A DNA stretch of 64,000 nucleotides from an uncultured Candidatus Binatia bacterium. Lineage in GTDB: Bacteria; Desulfobacterota; Binatia; UBA9968; CAXXLF01. A program made the translations under genes and the position numbers. The DNA lies in contig OZ244621.1 of the NCBI GenBank assembly GCA_965218425.1, forward strand, positions 736,001 through 800,000, given 5' to 3'. Every line of letters begins with the position of its first letter. Position 1 is the first letter of the stretch. The notes under the pieces are model-generated. The model was not told the DNA's origin. It searched no databases and saw nothing but the letters and a program-made list of their open reading frames with translations. This document shows positions 40,733 to 51,075 of this stretch, in pieces.

Positions 40733-41515
40733 CTAGGGCTTTGAACTGGGTTCGTGGGCAAGCGCAGAACGAACCGCGGCGTTAATAGCAGGGGTCATTG
40801 GATTTTCTATTTCTTCTCCGACGTGGGCCATGGCACCCAAGGTCCTACCCAGAAGGGCAAATGTTTTCGTCATTTGCCAAGGGAATTCCATGTCCAAGGC
40901 AATGGCGGCAATGGCCCCGGTAACGTTAACCGGCAACTTACGCTTGTATTCACTCGCCGCCACCAAGGCAATCTTCCTCAGCAATTCGCAGTAGCGTCCA
41001 TAAATTTTGGTTTCCCTGGCGATCTCGAACAACCGATCGGAGCGAGGGTCCCCACCCGGGTGAATGCGATGGCCGATCCCGGCAATGCGTCCACCCACTT
41101 TCGTATGGCGTTCCACCACCGACTTTGCGATGGTCTCCAGGTCGGCTTCTCGCGGCTCTTGAGACAAGGCCTCCCACAGCATTTTTGCCGACCACTCGGA
41201 CGAGCCTAGGTGGACACTGCCAGCTCCCACCACAGCCGCCGCCACCGCACCTTGAATCGCTTCGGGAGCCGTGGAGTAGGTCAATCGGGCGGCAATAACG
41301 CTGGCGTTCAAACCATGTTCCACTAAAACCGTCAACAACGCATCCACCATGCGTGTTTCACCGGCATTTGGAAGACGCCCCATTAACATGAGGAATGTCA
41401 TCTGGCTAAAAGTGATTTTTCCCAGCAACTCCTTGATCAGATCATGGTCTCTGACCAGGATCCTATCCGATTCGGCCCTACCCAGTTTCGTGACGATTTT
41501 TAGTTCCCCAGCCAT
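40733..41515 (-). CDS. Citryl-CoA lyase / citrate synthase-like protein
   Basis: EHG...S..AARL, GAVAA, HLG, GIGH.IH..GDPR, LPVNVTGA. Confidence 0.8.
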   Translation of the reverse strand: MAGELKIVTKLGRAESDRILVRDHDLIKELLGKITFSQMTFLMLMGRLPNAGETRMVDALLTVLVEHGLNASVIAARLTYSTAPEAIQGAVAAAVVGAGSVHLGSSEWSAKMLWEALSQEPREADLETIAKSVVERHTKVGGRIAGIGHRIHPGGDPRSDRLFEIARETKIYGRYCELLRKIALVAASEYKRKLPVNVTGAIAAIALDMEFPWQMTKTFALLGRTLGAMAHVGEEIENPMTPAINAAVRSALAHEPSSKP

Positions 41516-41814
41516 AACGTGCCCTCCTCTTCCGTTCGTTGGTTTTCAACCCGTGCCGTTGGGAGGGGACGTATTTTGGATTAGTACAGAGCTGACGTCA
41601 AGGGGCGAATGGTTTTCCCTCGGTGGAAAAATTAAGGACTCATTCGACGATTCAAATGGAAATGACGTATGTTGCAGCCTCAAAGGTAACGGTTGCCGTT
41701 AATCTTGAGAATGGACTGATAGATCAACGGTCCTGGGAACGTTAGTGGCGTCCCACATTGGCATCACACCTATGCCCAGGGAAGAGACCTGAGCGGTTTC
41801 GTTATAGCGCTATC

Positions 41815-43248
41815 TTAAATATGAGGGCTCCCCTTTGCACGGTGCCGCGGTGGAGGAGAGCCCTCGGGCAGGAAGTCTTCTAAACGAACCGCATCGCCTC
41901 CCATGGGACTCAATCGTTCGAATTCGAATCGCCTGGACGGATCACACTCTGGAGGCTTGGTGGCATCGATCATGAGCTTTCCCCCCACCCGGTGCCAACC
42001 AGGAGTGCCCGGGGTACCCGCCTGACGGCAGGAAGGATCCATGGCGTGGACCTTCGTGCCGGATACAACCGTGATATCCTCCTCCGGGTTCACTCGCGTG
42101 GACATGGCCCATAACACGTCGGCATAATTGAATATGTCCACATCCGGATCAACGGCAATGACCACCTTGGGATGTTGATACTCTCCTGACAACGCGGCCA
42201 TGAGGACGTTTTTCGCTTCGCCGTAGTAACGTGGGTTCATCTGGATCACAACTCCAAAAATACCGGGTAGGACCAGTACGTTCTTGATATCAGCGTATCC
42301 GCCGACGGTACGGATGCGCCGCAGTATCTGGGCCGACATGGGGACCTTATGATAGACACAGCCTTCCACCTCAGCTCCGTTTTGGATGTTCTTGAAGATG
42401 GCATCGCCGCGCATGGTCACTGCGGTAACGTTCAAAACCGGGTTTTTTCCCGAACCGGCAAGGTAATAATCCTGGAACTCACTAAAGGGGCCTTCTTCCT
42501 CGCGTACGCTGGGTAAGACTTCTCCTTCAATGACGATCTCGGCGTGGGCCGGCACCTCGATGTCCACCGTCTCACACTTTACCAGCTCCACCTCTTCCTG
42601 AAGCAGGGAAGATGCGATCTCCAACTCGTCCTTTCCATAGTCCGTGGTGGTGGAGGCGGCGAAATAGTACATGGGGTGATGTCCCACAATGATAGCCACG
42701 GGCATAGGCTTGTCGCTCTGCTCATACTTTCTAAAATTCAGCCAATTGTGACGTGGATAGAAAAGCACCCCGGTCTTCCTGGGCCCCTTCATCTGGAGGC
42801 GGTGGAAGCTCATATTTCTATCCCCGGTGTCCGGGTTTTTTGCGATCATCAACCCGGAGGCAATAAACGGTCCACCGTCCCGCTCACCCGCCTGATGAAT
42901 CGGCATTTTCGTGATGTCCACGCCGTCACCGAGAAGCACTTTCTCTTTCACCGGTCCGCTCTTCACCATTCGTGTGGAACCTGGCTTGTCCACCCGTCGC
43001 ACAAACTCCGGCACCATTTCATTGCGCTCGCACTGAAATGCAATGGGAGCCAGTTCCACGTCGCCCGGTGCCTGACCCAGGCAGCGCCACCCAGGAAATC
43101 CCTGAAGGTTGTCGAACAGTAAGGCGCGGTCGCGCGACTGCCACAACAAAGCCCCCATCTGAGTCAATGGATCAACTGGCTTGCTGATCTGTGCCAACAA
43201 GCCGGCATCCTTCAACTGATTAATCCATAGCCGCATGTCCTTGGCCAT
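41815..43248 (-). CDS. UbiD family (prFMN-dependent) decarboxylase
   Basis: DGGPFI, NMSFHR, EEGPFSEF, VIAVDPDVDI, WAMSTR, GKLMIDAT. Confidence 0.9.
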   Translation of the reverse strand: MAKDMRLWINQLKDAGLLAQISKPVDPLTQMGALLWQSRDRALLFDNLQGFPGWRCLGQAPGDVELAPIAFQCERNEMVPEFVRRVDKPGSTRMVKSGPVKEKVLLGDGVDITKMPIHQAGERDGGPFIASGLMIAKNPDTGDRNMSFHRLQMKGPRKTGVLFYPRHNWLNFRKYEQSDKPMPVAIIVGHHPMYYFAASTTTDYGKDELEIASSLLQEEVELVKCETVDIEVPAHAEIVIEGEVLPSVREEEGPFSEFQDYYLAGSGKNPVLNVTAVTMRGDAIFKNIQNGAEVEGCVYHKVPMSAQILRRIRTVGGYADIKNVLVLPGIFGVVIQMNPRYYGEAKNVLMAALSGEYQHPKVVIAVDPDVDIFNYADVLWAMSTRVNPEEDITVVSGTKVHAMDPSCRQAGTPGTPGWHRVGGKLMIDATKPPECDPSRRFEFERLSPMGGDAVRLEDFLPEGSPPPRHRAKGSPHI

Positions 43249-43386
43249 TGAATCTCCTTACCGCGCCTCGGGGATGAATTGAGTGACCTGGGCTACCTCA
43301 AGAACTTACTCCTGAGGTGTGTGGTTCGTAGGTTCCTATCCTGCGGGGTCTAGATATGGACCTGCTGACTGCGGGTTCCTGGAATT

Positions 43387-44001
43387 TCAAGATTTGAACC
43401 CACTCATATAGGGAAGCCTTGACGCCGCGTCTTTCACGCTGGTGAGATTGGCACGCAAAACGGCGGTGGAATCCCAGGCCCCGGTAACCAGCGCGTTGTG
43501 ATGGCTTTGCGGCAGGTCAAATCGAATTTGCCCTCCCTGGTGAGAAATCGTTTTTGTTGTCAGGTCCACGGTGTACGAAGTGTAGGGTACGGATTGCACT
43601 GACTTCATCAACGATTCTATATCCCCGGCTGAAACGATTACGGCCGGAATCCCTAGCATAACGCAATTGCCTGCGAAAATCGCCGCAAATGACTCACCAA
43701 CGATGGCATGAATGCCGAAACGAAGAATCGCCTGGGGTGCATGCTCCCTCGATGAGCCACAACCAAAGTTTTTGTTCACAAAAAGGATGGAAGCCCCTTT
43801 ATACTTCGGATCATTGAAGGGGTGAGGCTTGGGTTTTCCCTCTGCATCGAAGCGCTCATCGAAGAACGGAAAATCTCCCATCCTGGAGAAGGTCACCTCT
43901 TTTAAGTAACGGGCCGGAATGATGCGGTCCGTGTCGATGTCATTGCCTCGAACCGGGACAGCGGTCCCTACCACCTGAGTGATCTTTGTAATGGTACTCA
44001 T
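43387..44001 (-). CDS. leuD: 3-isopropylmalate dehydratase small subunit
   Basis: DIDTDRIIPAR, NFGCGSSREHAP, ESFAAIF.GN. Confidence 0.92.
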   Translation of the reverse strand: MSTITKITQVVGTAVPVRGNDIDTDRIIPARYLKEVTFSRMGDFPFFDERFDAEGKPKPHPFNDPKYKGASILFVNKNFGCGSSREHAPQAILRFGIHAIVGESFAAIFAGNCVMLGIPAVIVSAGDIESLMKSVQSVPYTSYTVDLTTKTISHQGGQIRFDLPQSHHNALVTGAWDSTAVLRANLTSVKDAASRLPYMSGFKS

Positions 44002-44011
44002 ACTTTCCCTT

Positions 44012-45409
44012 TCAACGGGATTGGCGCACATCCACGACTTTGCCGTTTATAGCGGCGCTAGCCACCATGGCCGGGCTCATGAGCATGGTCCGGCCTGCGG
44101 GGCTTCCCTGTCGGCCGATAAAATTCCTGTTGGACGTGGAGGCACAAATCTCGTCCCCCCTCAATTTGTCCGGGTTCATGGCTAGACACATGGAACAGCC
44201 CGCATCCCGCCATTCAAAACCCGCATCGGTGAAAATTTTGTCCAGAGACTCCTTTTCCGCCAGGGCTTTTACCTCTGCGGACCCCGGTACCACCAACGCC
44301 CTGACACCGGCGTTGACTCTTTTGCCTTCGGCAATCTTGGCAGCTTCGCGCAAATCGCTGAGGCGTCCGTTGGTGCAAGAGCCTATAAATGCCACATTAA
44401 TGGGTGTACCGAGTATTGGATTGCCAGGCTGCCAGCCCATGTGGGTGTAGGCCCGCTTTGCCCCCTCTGGGTCGCCCGATTCCTCCGGTTGCGGCAGCTT
44501 CTCCAAAACCCCCACGGCTTGGCCAGGGTTGATCCCCCAGGTTACCGTGGGCTCGATCTCGGCACCGTCCATGTTCACCACATCATCGTAGTGGGCATCC
44601 GCATCGGACCCCACGGACTTCCAGTAGGCCACGGCTCTGTCAAAATCATTACCCTTGGGGACGAACTCCCTCCCCTTTAGATATTCAAAAGTCGTTGAAT
44701 CAGGGTTGATATAACCGATCAACGCGCCTCCCTCGATGCTCATGTTGCAAACGGTCATTCGCTCTTCCATGCTCATCCGTTCAATAACCGATCCTCCATA
44801 CTCGTAGACAAATCCCTTTCCTCCGCCTACCCCAAGATTACGAATAATGGAAAGGATCACATCTTTCGGATAAACACCGTCGCCCAGACTGCCGTTGACG
44901 TTGATTCTTCGAACCTTGAGCTTATCCAACGCCAAAGTCTGGGTGGCCAGCACGTCCCGAACCTGGCTGGTTCCGATACCGAAGGCCAGGGTGCCGAAGG
45001 CCGCATGCGTGCTCGTATGACTATCCCCGCACGCGAGGGTCATACCCGGTTGAGTGAGCCCCAACTGGGGCCCAATCACGTGAACGATCCCCTGGCGCTC
45101 ACTATCAAGACCGAAGAACTCGACACCAAACTCCCGAATATTTTTTTCCAGGGCTTGCATCAACTCCTCAGCCTGCGAATCGAGAAAGGGTCGGGACCTC
45201 AGGTCCGTGGGCACGATGTGATCCACTGTGGCGAAGGTCCGTTGCGGGAACGCGATATCCATTCCCTGTTCCCGTAGCATGTCAAAGGCAGGGGCTGTGG
45301 TCACTTCGTGAATCAAATGCAACCCGATAAAAAGTTGCGTCTGACCGGTTGGAAGCTCGCACACTGCGTGGGAGCTCCAAATCTTGTCGTATAGGGTTTT
45401 TCCAGCCAC
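44012..45409 (-). CDS. leuC: 3-isopropylmalate dehydratase large subunit
   Basis: [51 protein letters not shown]. Confidence 0.93.
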   Translation of the reverse strand: MAGKTLYDKIWSSHAVCELPTGQTQLFIGLHLIHEVTTAPAFDMLREQGMDIAFPQRTFATVDHIVPTDLRSRPFLDSQAEELMQALEKNIREFGVEFFGLDSERQGIVHVIGPQLGLTQPGMTLACGDSHTSTHAAFGTLAFGIGTSQVRDVLATQTLALDKLKVRRINVNGSLGDGVYPKDVILSIIRNLGVGGGKGFVYEYGGSVIERMSMEERMTVCNMSIEGGALIGYINPDSTTFEYLKGREFVPKGNDFDRAVAYWKSVGSDADAHYDDVVNMDGAEIEPTVTWGINPGQAVGVLEKLPQPEESGDPEGAKRAYTHMGWQPGNPILGTPINVAFIGSCTNGRLSDLREAAKIAEGKRVNAGVRALVVPGSAEVKALAEKESLDKIFTDAGFEWRDAGCSMCLAMNPDKLRGDEICASTSNRNFIGRQGSPAGRTMLMSPAMVASAAINGKVVDVRQSR

Positions 45410-45691
45410 TTTCTTGATCTCCTTCGGCTGAATCCTAGCTTCCTACGCCTCTGAGTTCAAGTGTCCAGTGATTTTAAGGAGAGAAGCACATTCCCAAAGC
45501 CCTCCGGGTGAACTTTTTTGCTCAACCCACAGTGGATTTTGGGCTGAAGATAGATTTCCACCTTAAATAGATTGCGCATTGAGTCCATGGGACTCTGGCA
45601 ATGCCCATTGGCATCCACCTTGCCTATTAACCCAATGCCTAACAGCCAAAATACACGCACCTTGTAGCGATAGGGCAACGGGAGGCTAACT

Positions 45692-46117
45692 ATGCGAAAA
45701 ACGTTACTATGGATCATCCTGTTGGGGTTTGTGGCAGCACGTGATGTTTGCGTACAACCTTTCCGTAGGAGCGGGCTTCCCCCTGGACACGGAGGTGTTC
45801 CACCAGGGTTGGCAAAGAAAATGGGACATCCGTCTGTTTATGTTAAAGGGCGGCCCGGGTTTATACGATTGCCGGGCACAAATGTCAGGGTAATGGTTGG
45901 AGTGGATGCCTACACCTTTCGAGTCAAAGGAGTCTACTACTACGCCTACCGCGGCCGCTGGTATATGTCACGTCATTATGGCGGCCCCTGCAACGCCATC
46001 TCTTCCAGGAATCTGCCACGTGGTCTTCGCGGTAAGTCGCCAAGAAAAGAAAGAAACATAAATCTCATCGGGGTAAGAAGCACCACGACGATTAAGGGCG
46101 GTCCACTAGATCGTTGA
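45692..46117 (+). CDS. Hypothetical secreted protein with PPGLAKK motif (possibly degenerate)
   Basis: gggagg RBS, hydrophobic N-terminus, GVPPGLAKK repeat-like motif, YYY..G.WY segment. Confidence 0.5.
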   Translation: MRKTLLWIILLGFVAARDVCVQPFRRSGLPPGHGGVPPGLAKKMGHPSVYVKGRPGFIRLPGTNVRVMVGVDAYTFRVKGVYYYAYRGRWYMSRHYGGPCNAISSRNLPRGLRGKSPRKERNINLIGVRSTTTIKGGPLDR

Positions 46118-47284
46118 AGTGTACTCCTTCGTGAGCTTTCTCAACTCCGACTCACGAAGCTCATCCACTGATTCTTTATTGACTCCATCGGTGCCCCGGG
46201 CCTGCTCACAGTATCGACGCCAGGCCAGGATCGACAAATCCGGCCTAAAGAGCCTCTCGGGGGGTGCATCCATGGCGCTGATCATCACGCTGTCCTGCCG
46301 CGTGAATAGGGTTTGATTGATCCACCTTATATACAACCAGTAACGAATTTTATAGGCCAACCTGCTGGCCGCGCCGCCAAATTTCACTCCCAGCTGTACA
46401 TATCGATGGTGATCAGCATCGCTTGCAATGAACCACGAATAGATGGTCCACTTCGGTTGATTCACCCGCAGTGTGCATGGAAGGCGAATTGAGATCTTTA
46501 CGGCCGCACCCCTGGCCTTTTTCCACCATCTCCTGGGAGGAGGCCACTTCCCCAAGCCGGGGTACTCGGATTCGCGATGGACCTCATCCGCTACATAGGT
46601 TAGCCATTGCCCATCTTCAATGGATTCCACGTGTGTTTTGGTCCAAGACGGAAGATAATTAAAAAAACGCCATAAGGAGTTACGATGAAGATACCTTGCA
46701 TGGGCTTCGTCAAATCCGTTCTCTGCCCCATAGCGCCAGTTACCATGCCTGACACGAATCTTCGCGCCAATGGCCGCCTTGTTCGCCAATAATTCAGCAG
46801 GAATATCGACTTCAACGGGCGGGGGTGCCGCCTTGCCAATGTAAACCCAAACCACACCCAGTCTCTCCTCAACGGGATAGGTCTTCACCTGAACCTTGCC
46901 ACAGATGGGTGAATTCGGGCCATCCGTCAATGCCGCAACCAGGTTTCCCGTTTTAAGATCGTAGGTCCAGCCGTGATAGCCGCAACTGATGGTGCCGGGA
47001 AAATGTTGTCGGGAGAATGTGGGTTGTCCGATGCAGCCGCTTCCTAGAGAGAGGGGAACACCTCTGTGAAGACAACGGTCATGAAGGGCATAGGCATTTC
47101 CCCCATCCCTAATAAACATGATCCGCTCGCCTAGAAGGACCACCGAGATCGGCCGACGCCGTAACTTGCTCGACAACATTACCGGATACCAGTAATTGCG
47201 AAATCCCTCCACGGCAGCATTATACCGTGGCCAGGTTCTCCAATCCTGCTTTCCCGCAGTAGGGTTAATTGCCCGGTCACTCAT
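46106..47284 (-). CDS. Rieske aromatic ring-hydroxylating oxygenase alpha subunit (CarAa/OxoO-like)
   Basis: GFRNYWYP, CLHRG...CGYHGW Rieske motif, ENGFDEAH..YLH mononuclear Fe motif, QD. Confidence 0.88.
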   Translation of the reverse strand: MSDRAINPTAGKQDWRTWPRYNAAVEGFRNYWYPVMLSSKLRRRPISVVLLGERIMFIRDGGNAYALHDRCLHRGVPLSLGSGCIGQPTFSRQHFPGTISCGYHGWTYDLKTGNLVAALTDGPNSPICGKVQVKTYPVEERLGVVWVYIGKAAPPPVEVDIPAELLANKAAIGAKIRVRHGNWRYGAENGFDEAHARYLHRNSLWRFFNYLPSWTKTHVESIEDGQWLTYVADEVHRESEYPGLGKWPPPRRWWKKARGAAVKISIRLPCTLRVNQPKWTIYSWFIASDADHHRYVQLGVKFGGAASRLAYKIRYWLYIRWINQTLFTRQDSVMISAMDAPPERLFRPDLSILAWRRYCEQARGTDGVNKESVDELRESELRKLTKEYTSTI

Positions 47285-47511
47285 CCGGTTGATCCTACCC
47301 CCAATAACTGTGAAAGGCACTATATCAAGGCTAAAAATTTCCGTCAAACCAAGCACTTTGCCCTCATGGGTGGGGACAGGCGGAGGACTTAAGTTTAATA
47401 AGATGCCGACGGGGTCACCGGCAAAATCCCTAAAGACAGCCCATTGAGCCCCTAGGGATTCAGGTCAGTTGGCCAGCATTGCAATATGGAGTGGTGTTAC
47501 CGTGAGAGGAT

Positions 47512-47982
47512 CTAGCCCACCGAGTGGAGTCGTCGCATAGCCCGATTCTCAGTGGTCCCTTTGGCCTTCTCGTTTCCTTGGACGGATCTTAACTCGAATA
47601 GAAGTTGAACCATCTTAAAGAGATCTTCTTTCACCACCGGCCTATGTAACAGGAGATCTGCTCCTGCGGACATGCCCGTGGACGTTCCAGGGAAAGGGGA
47701 CCTGACATCAGCAGTATGATGGGCAATTCCCGATTTGTATCGGAGGCTCTGATTGCCCGGCACAGGTCAAACCCATCCATTTTCCCCTCGGACAGACATC
47801 GATAATGAGAAGGCCCACGGATTGCTCATCCAGGATGCTCAGGGCAGCCTCTGCATCGGGGACAGAGCGCGGCTCGATATGTTGAGCGTAACGCTCCAAT
47901 GACTTGCCATGGATTTCGCGCGGTTTAAATACCCCTCTACCACGAGAATTCGTGGGTCTTGACTCCTTTCCCCTTGTTTCAT
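47512..47982 (-). pseudogene. Response regulator receiver protein with about three frameshifts
   Basis: Pieces in successive frames: RILVVE, DAEAALSIL...LLIIDV, MDGFDLCRAIR...LPIILL, AGADLLLHRP. Confidence 0.7.
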
Positions 47983-48033
47983 TTCAAGCTCAAACTGTTC
48001 CGAATTTTACAGGTTTGTACAAAAAATTGCCCT

Positions 48034-48062
48034 TTGACTAGAAATAGAGTCCCTTTTACTAT
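48034..48062 (+). promoter_or_regulatory. Sigma70-like promoter with no downstream ORF
   Basis: ttgact (48034-48039), 17-nt spacer, tactat (48057-48062). Confidence 0.45.
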
Positions 48063-48285
48063 GCTCTTTTCGGTGCCTCTGGTTGAAGAAGTAGAATTGG
48101 TAACTTCCGTGCCAAACTGCTCCAATTCCTCCCGTGCCACGTGGCCCCACACAGAGCCGCTGGCCTGAGGCCGTTGCAGGGATCATGATTAACTTTGTTC
48201 GTAGTGTATGACTACCCTGGAGCGAGGAGCCGATTTGGCGTCCCGAAACGCATCGCCGAATGTGGAACGTCACGGACGTTTGACC

Positions 48286-49500
48286 TTACCAGTTCCCCCT
48301 TTTTCGGGAACCCTTGGTCAGGGTTTCAGGGCCAAACATCCAAGTAAGCGCGGCGCTGACGGCCAGCAACCCTGAAGCTATCATGAAGGTCTTGGGCATC
48401 CCCATGGATCCGGCAAGGAGACCCAACACGAGGGGAGCCAAAACTGAGCTGAAATGGTTAAACGCGGACCATATGCCGAGAAAGGCTCCCCTTCTACTCT
48501 CGGGGGCTAGATCCATGGCGTATACCTGTGACGTCCCCGTGGTCATCCCCGAGCCGACACCGTATATAGCAACCATGAGGTATATTCCACGAGGGTCCAT
48601 GCTTTGAGCCAGGAGATACCCCGATAACCCGAGCACCAGGAGACCGGGAACCAACGTTTTCCGTCGACCGTAACGGTCCACCAGCATTCCATTAGGATAT
48701 GAAACCAGAAATATCACAATACTTGCGAGGGTGATCATATAACCGATATCGGCGGCATCGAAATTAACAACCTCCTGGACATATAAAGGAAACAACGCCG
48801 AAAAAACCCCTTGAGTCATCATGCCCAGGGCAAAGGTAGCAAAGGAAATGACCAAGAAACCTCTGGTCAAAAATATGGATGCGCCTAACTTCTCAACGGG
48901 ACGGCGGGACTCACCTTTTGTCCGCTGTGCCGCCTCCGGCCGTGTCTCCTTGATAAGGAAAAGAGTAATCACGAGTACCGCTAGCTTGGTGACAACGTTG
49001 AATAGAAATATGGACCTAATGCTAAAGGCTGTGGTGAGAAGGGCACCGATGAACGGCCCTGCTATATTCCCCAACCTCACCGACATACTTCTGACGGCAA
49101 CGGCCCGCCCTCGATTTTCCACCTCGGTAACATCAGCGATCAGCACCTGGGAACCTGTATTCCAAGTGGAGACGCCAAAGCCGCCAATGAATTCCCAGAG
49201 CAAAAACTCCACGTAGCTCGTGGCAAAATACTCCCCCAAGGCAGTGATGGTTCTGAGGGCAACTCCCGCGAGGAGCAATGGCTTCCGTCCCCACCTGTCC
49301 GCCAAGAATCCGGTAACGGGCCCCGATATGAGCCGGGCAAGGGCATTGCTCGCGAAGACGAATGTGACCAGAAATACCGGGACCCCAAAAGAAGCGGCAA
49401 AGAGAGGTCTCGCGAGATGCATCGCGCCCATTCCCACGCTCCAGAAGAAAAAAGTGGCAAAGAGCGGGAATCCTTGGCGACTCAATACGTTAAACTGCAA
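48286..49500 (-). CDS. MFS transporter
   Basis: About 12 TM segments; GFLADRWGRK and GMLVDRYGRR motif A repeats. Confidence 0.92.
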   Translation of the reverse strand: MQFNVLSRQGFPLFATFFFWSVGMGAMHLARPLFAASFGVPVFLVTFVFASNALARLISGPVTGFLADRWGRKPLLLAGVALRTITALGEYFATSYVEFLLWEFIGGFGVSTWNTGSQVLIADVTEVENRGRAVAVRSMSVRLGNIAGPFIGALLTTAFSIRSIFLFNVVTKLAVLVITLFLIKETRPEAAQRTKGESRRPVEKLGASIFLTRGFLVISFATFALGMMTQGVFSALFPLYVQEVVNFDAADIGYMITLASIVIFLVSYPNGMLVDRYGRRKTLVPGLLVLGLSGYLLAQSMDPRGIYLMVAIYGVGSGMTTGTSQVYAMDLAPESRRGAFLGIWSAFNHFSSVLAPLVLGLLAGSMGMPKTFMIASGLLAVSAALTWMFGPETLTKGSRKRGNW

Positions 49501-50229
49501 TAATCCTCCCCGGTGGGAAGCGAGACTGACTCCACTATTCCCCTCATCCGGTTATCAATGTTTCGTTTGCACTTGTTTCTCGAGACCTGGCCCGTCGCTT
49601 TGCATTCAATGATTGTATGGGGGTGCTCAATGCTCGGCACTGGCGGTGGGAGCCTGATGCTTGCCTTCCATAACCGTCATGCCGGACGGTTGTCAAGGCA
49701 CAAAGAGTTTTTAGCCACAGATGAACGAGGACGCGCACCGAAGTCAAGGCGCTTTTGAATAGTATCGAATAGCTAGTGCTGAGAACCGAGTAGGAGGGGG
49801 GTCGAGCGTAGGAAAGAAAGTATTAGGTGAAAAACGCTGTCAGCGATCAACCTTCAGTTCTGAAACCTCTTGCAGCTTACTGTCTTGTTAAATCTTGTAG
49901 TCTGTAGTCAGCGGTCCCGAATACACAAGGGCGCTATGCGCTGTGCTGTTAACAATCTGCGAAAATCGGCCGTTAATTGCTGGAGACTCCCTTGCGCTCT
50001 ACGATTATCTGTTCGCTGCCTGAGGAAACGTCCGGGGATGCGCTGCCTGGAGGACAGTTGCCACGCCCCTGCCATTTCTCGGCGTAGCGCTGGGTGCCGA
50101 CGCGAAGTGTGTGCAATACAAGCAACCAAACAATAAAAAAGATTTGCCCGATTGTTAGCGTCCCGTTTTTGTGACACCCTGTATCCTAAACCAAGAATAC
50201 CGGGCACGAGTTCCGACGGAGAGATTCAA

Positions 50230-50934
50230 TTGGAAAAACCATCCAAATACGTAAGGGAAGACAACCTCGAGCACAGTGCGCTGGCTGAAGAGATCGAGCG
50301 CAGGCATGATGCCATCACGACACCAAAACAGATTGTCCTAAAAGGTCATCCCCTGATCGTTGCCCCAGGCGTCTTCAATCCGGAGTTCTCCCTCATTGGA
50401 GATCTATTGGTGGAGGCGATGGATATCCAACCCCACGAGGTGGTCTTGGACCTGGGAACCGGCACCGGCTTCCAGGCAATCGTCGCCTCGGATCGAGCCC
50501 GCCGGGTGCTCGCCATTGACAAGCAACCTGTGGCTGTCCAGTGCGCTCGCGCCAATGTGGACCTCAACCACCTTGAGAAGAAAATTGAGGTTCGCCATGG
50601 GGATCTATTTTCCGCGGTGGCTCCCTCCGAGAATTTTGACCTCATTCTGTTCAATATCCCATTTCCCCCCTGGAAGCCCAAGACCCCATGGCAAGAGGCC
50701 AATTTTGACGAGGGGCACCAACTGCTCAGGAGATTCCTCAACGAGGCCAAACCTTATTTAAAGACCGCAGGTCGCATCGGCATGACTTGGTCTGACCTGG
50801 GGGATACGGCCTGTTTACATAACCTGTTAAAAGAGGAAGGGTATTCCCATCGAATCCCCATAGAACGTAGGGTCAAAACAGTGGGCCAGTACGTCTATGA
50901 GTTGGGACACCCCAACCCTACCAAAGATCTTTGA
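50230..50934 (+). CDS. Class I SAM-dependent methyltransferase (HemK/MTS-like)
   Basis: PGVFNP, VLDLGTGTG, GDLF, FNIPF (NPPY-like); probable TTG start at 50230. Confidence 0.85.
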   Translation: MEKPSKYVREDNLEHSALAEEIERRHDAITTPKQIVLKGHPLIVAPGVFNPEFSLIGDLLVEAMDIQPHEVVLDLGTGTGFQAIVASDRARRVLAIDKQPVAVQCARANVDLNHLEKKIEVRHGDLFSAVAPSENFDLILFNIPFPPWKPKTPWQEANFDEGHQLLRRFLNEAKPYLKTAGRIGMTWSDLGDTACLHNLLKEEGYSHRIPIERRVKTVGQYVYELGHPNPTKDL

Positions 50935-50978
50935 AACGTTCAGTTGAATTCTGGATTACGGAATCTCGGAAAAGATCA

Positions 50979-51058
50979 CTCGCGCAAAGACGCAAGGGTC
51001 GCCAAGTTCGGAGAAACAGGGAAACGTCTCATTGCGGTCTTGGCATCTTGGCGCAAAG
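50979..51058. repeat. REP-like palindromic element (cgcaaag/cgccaag ... cttggc units)
   Basis: cgcgcaaagacgcaagggtcgccaag ... cttggcatcttggcgc imperfect inverted repeat between convergent genes. Confidence 0.55.
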
Positions 51059-51075
51059 ATACGCCGGGCTTAAGA

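Noticed and set aside
48068..48260. Cobalamin or c-di-AMP riboswitch
   Set aside because: It begins with ggtgcc but lacks the gggaa, gcccccgc and B12-box or ydaO core motifs, and there is no downstream gene on that strand
49870..50207. ORFs 49870..50136 (+) and 49908..50207 (-)
   Set aside because: No RBS or domain signal; they overlap low-complexity repeat sequence
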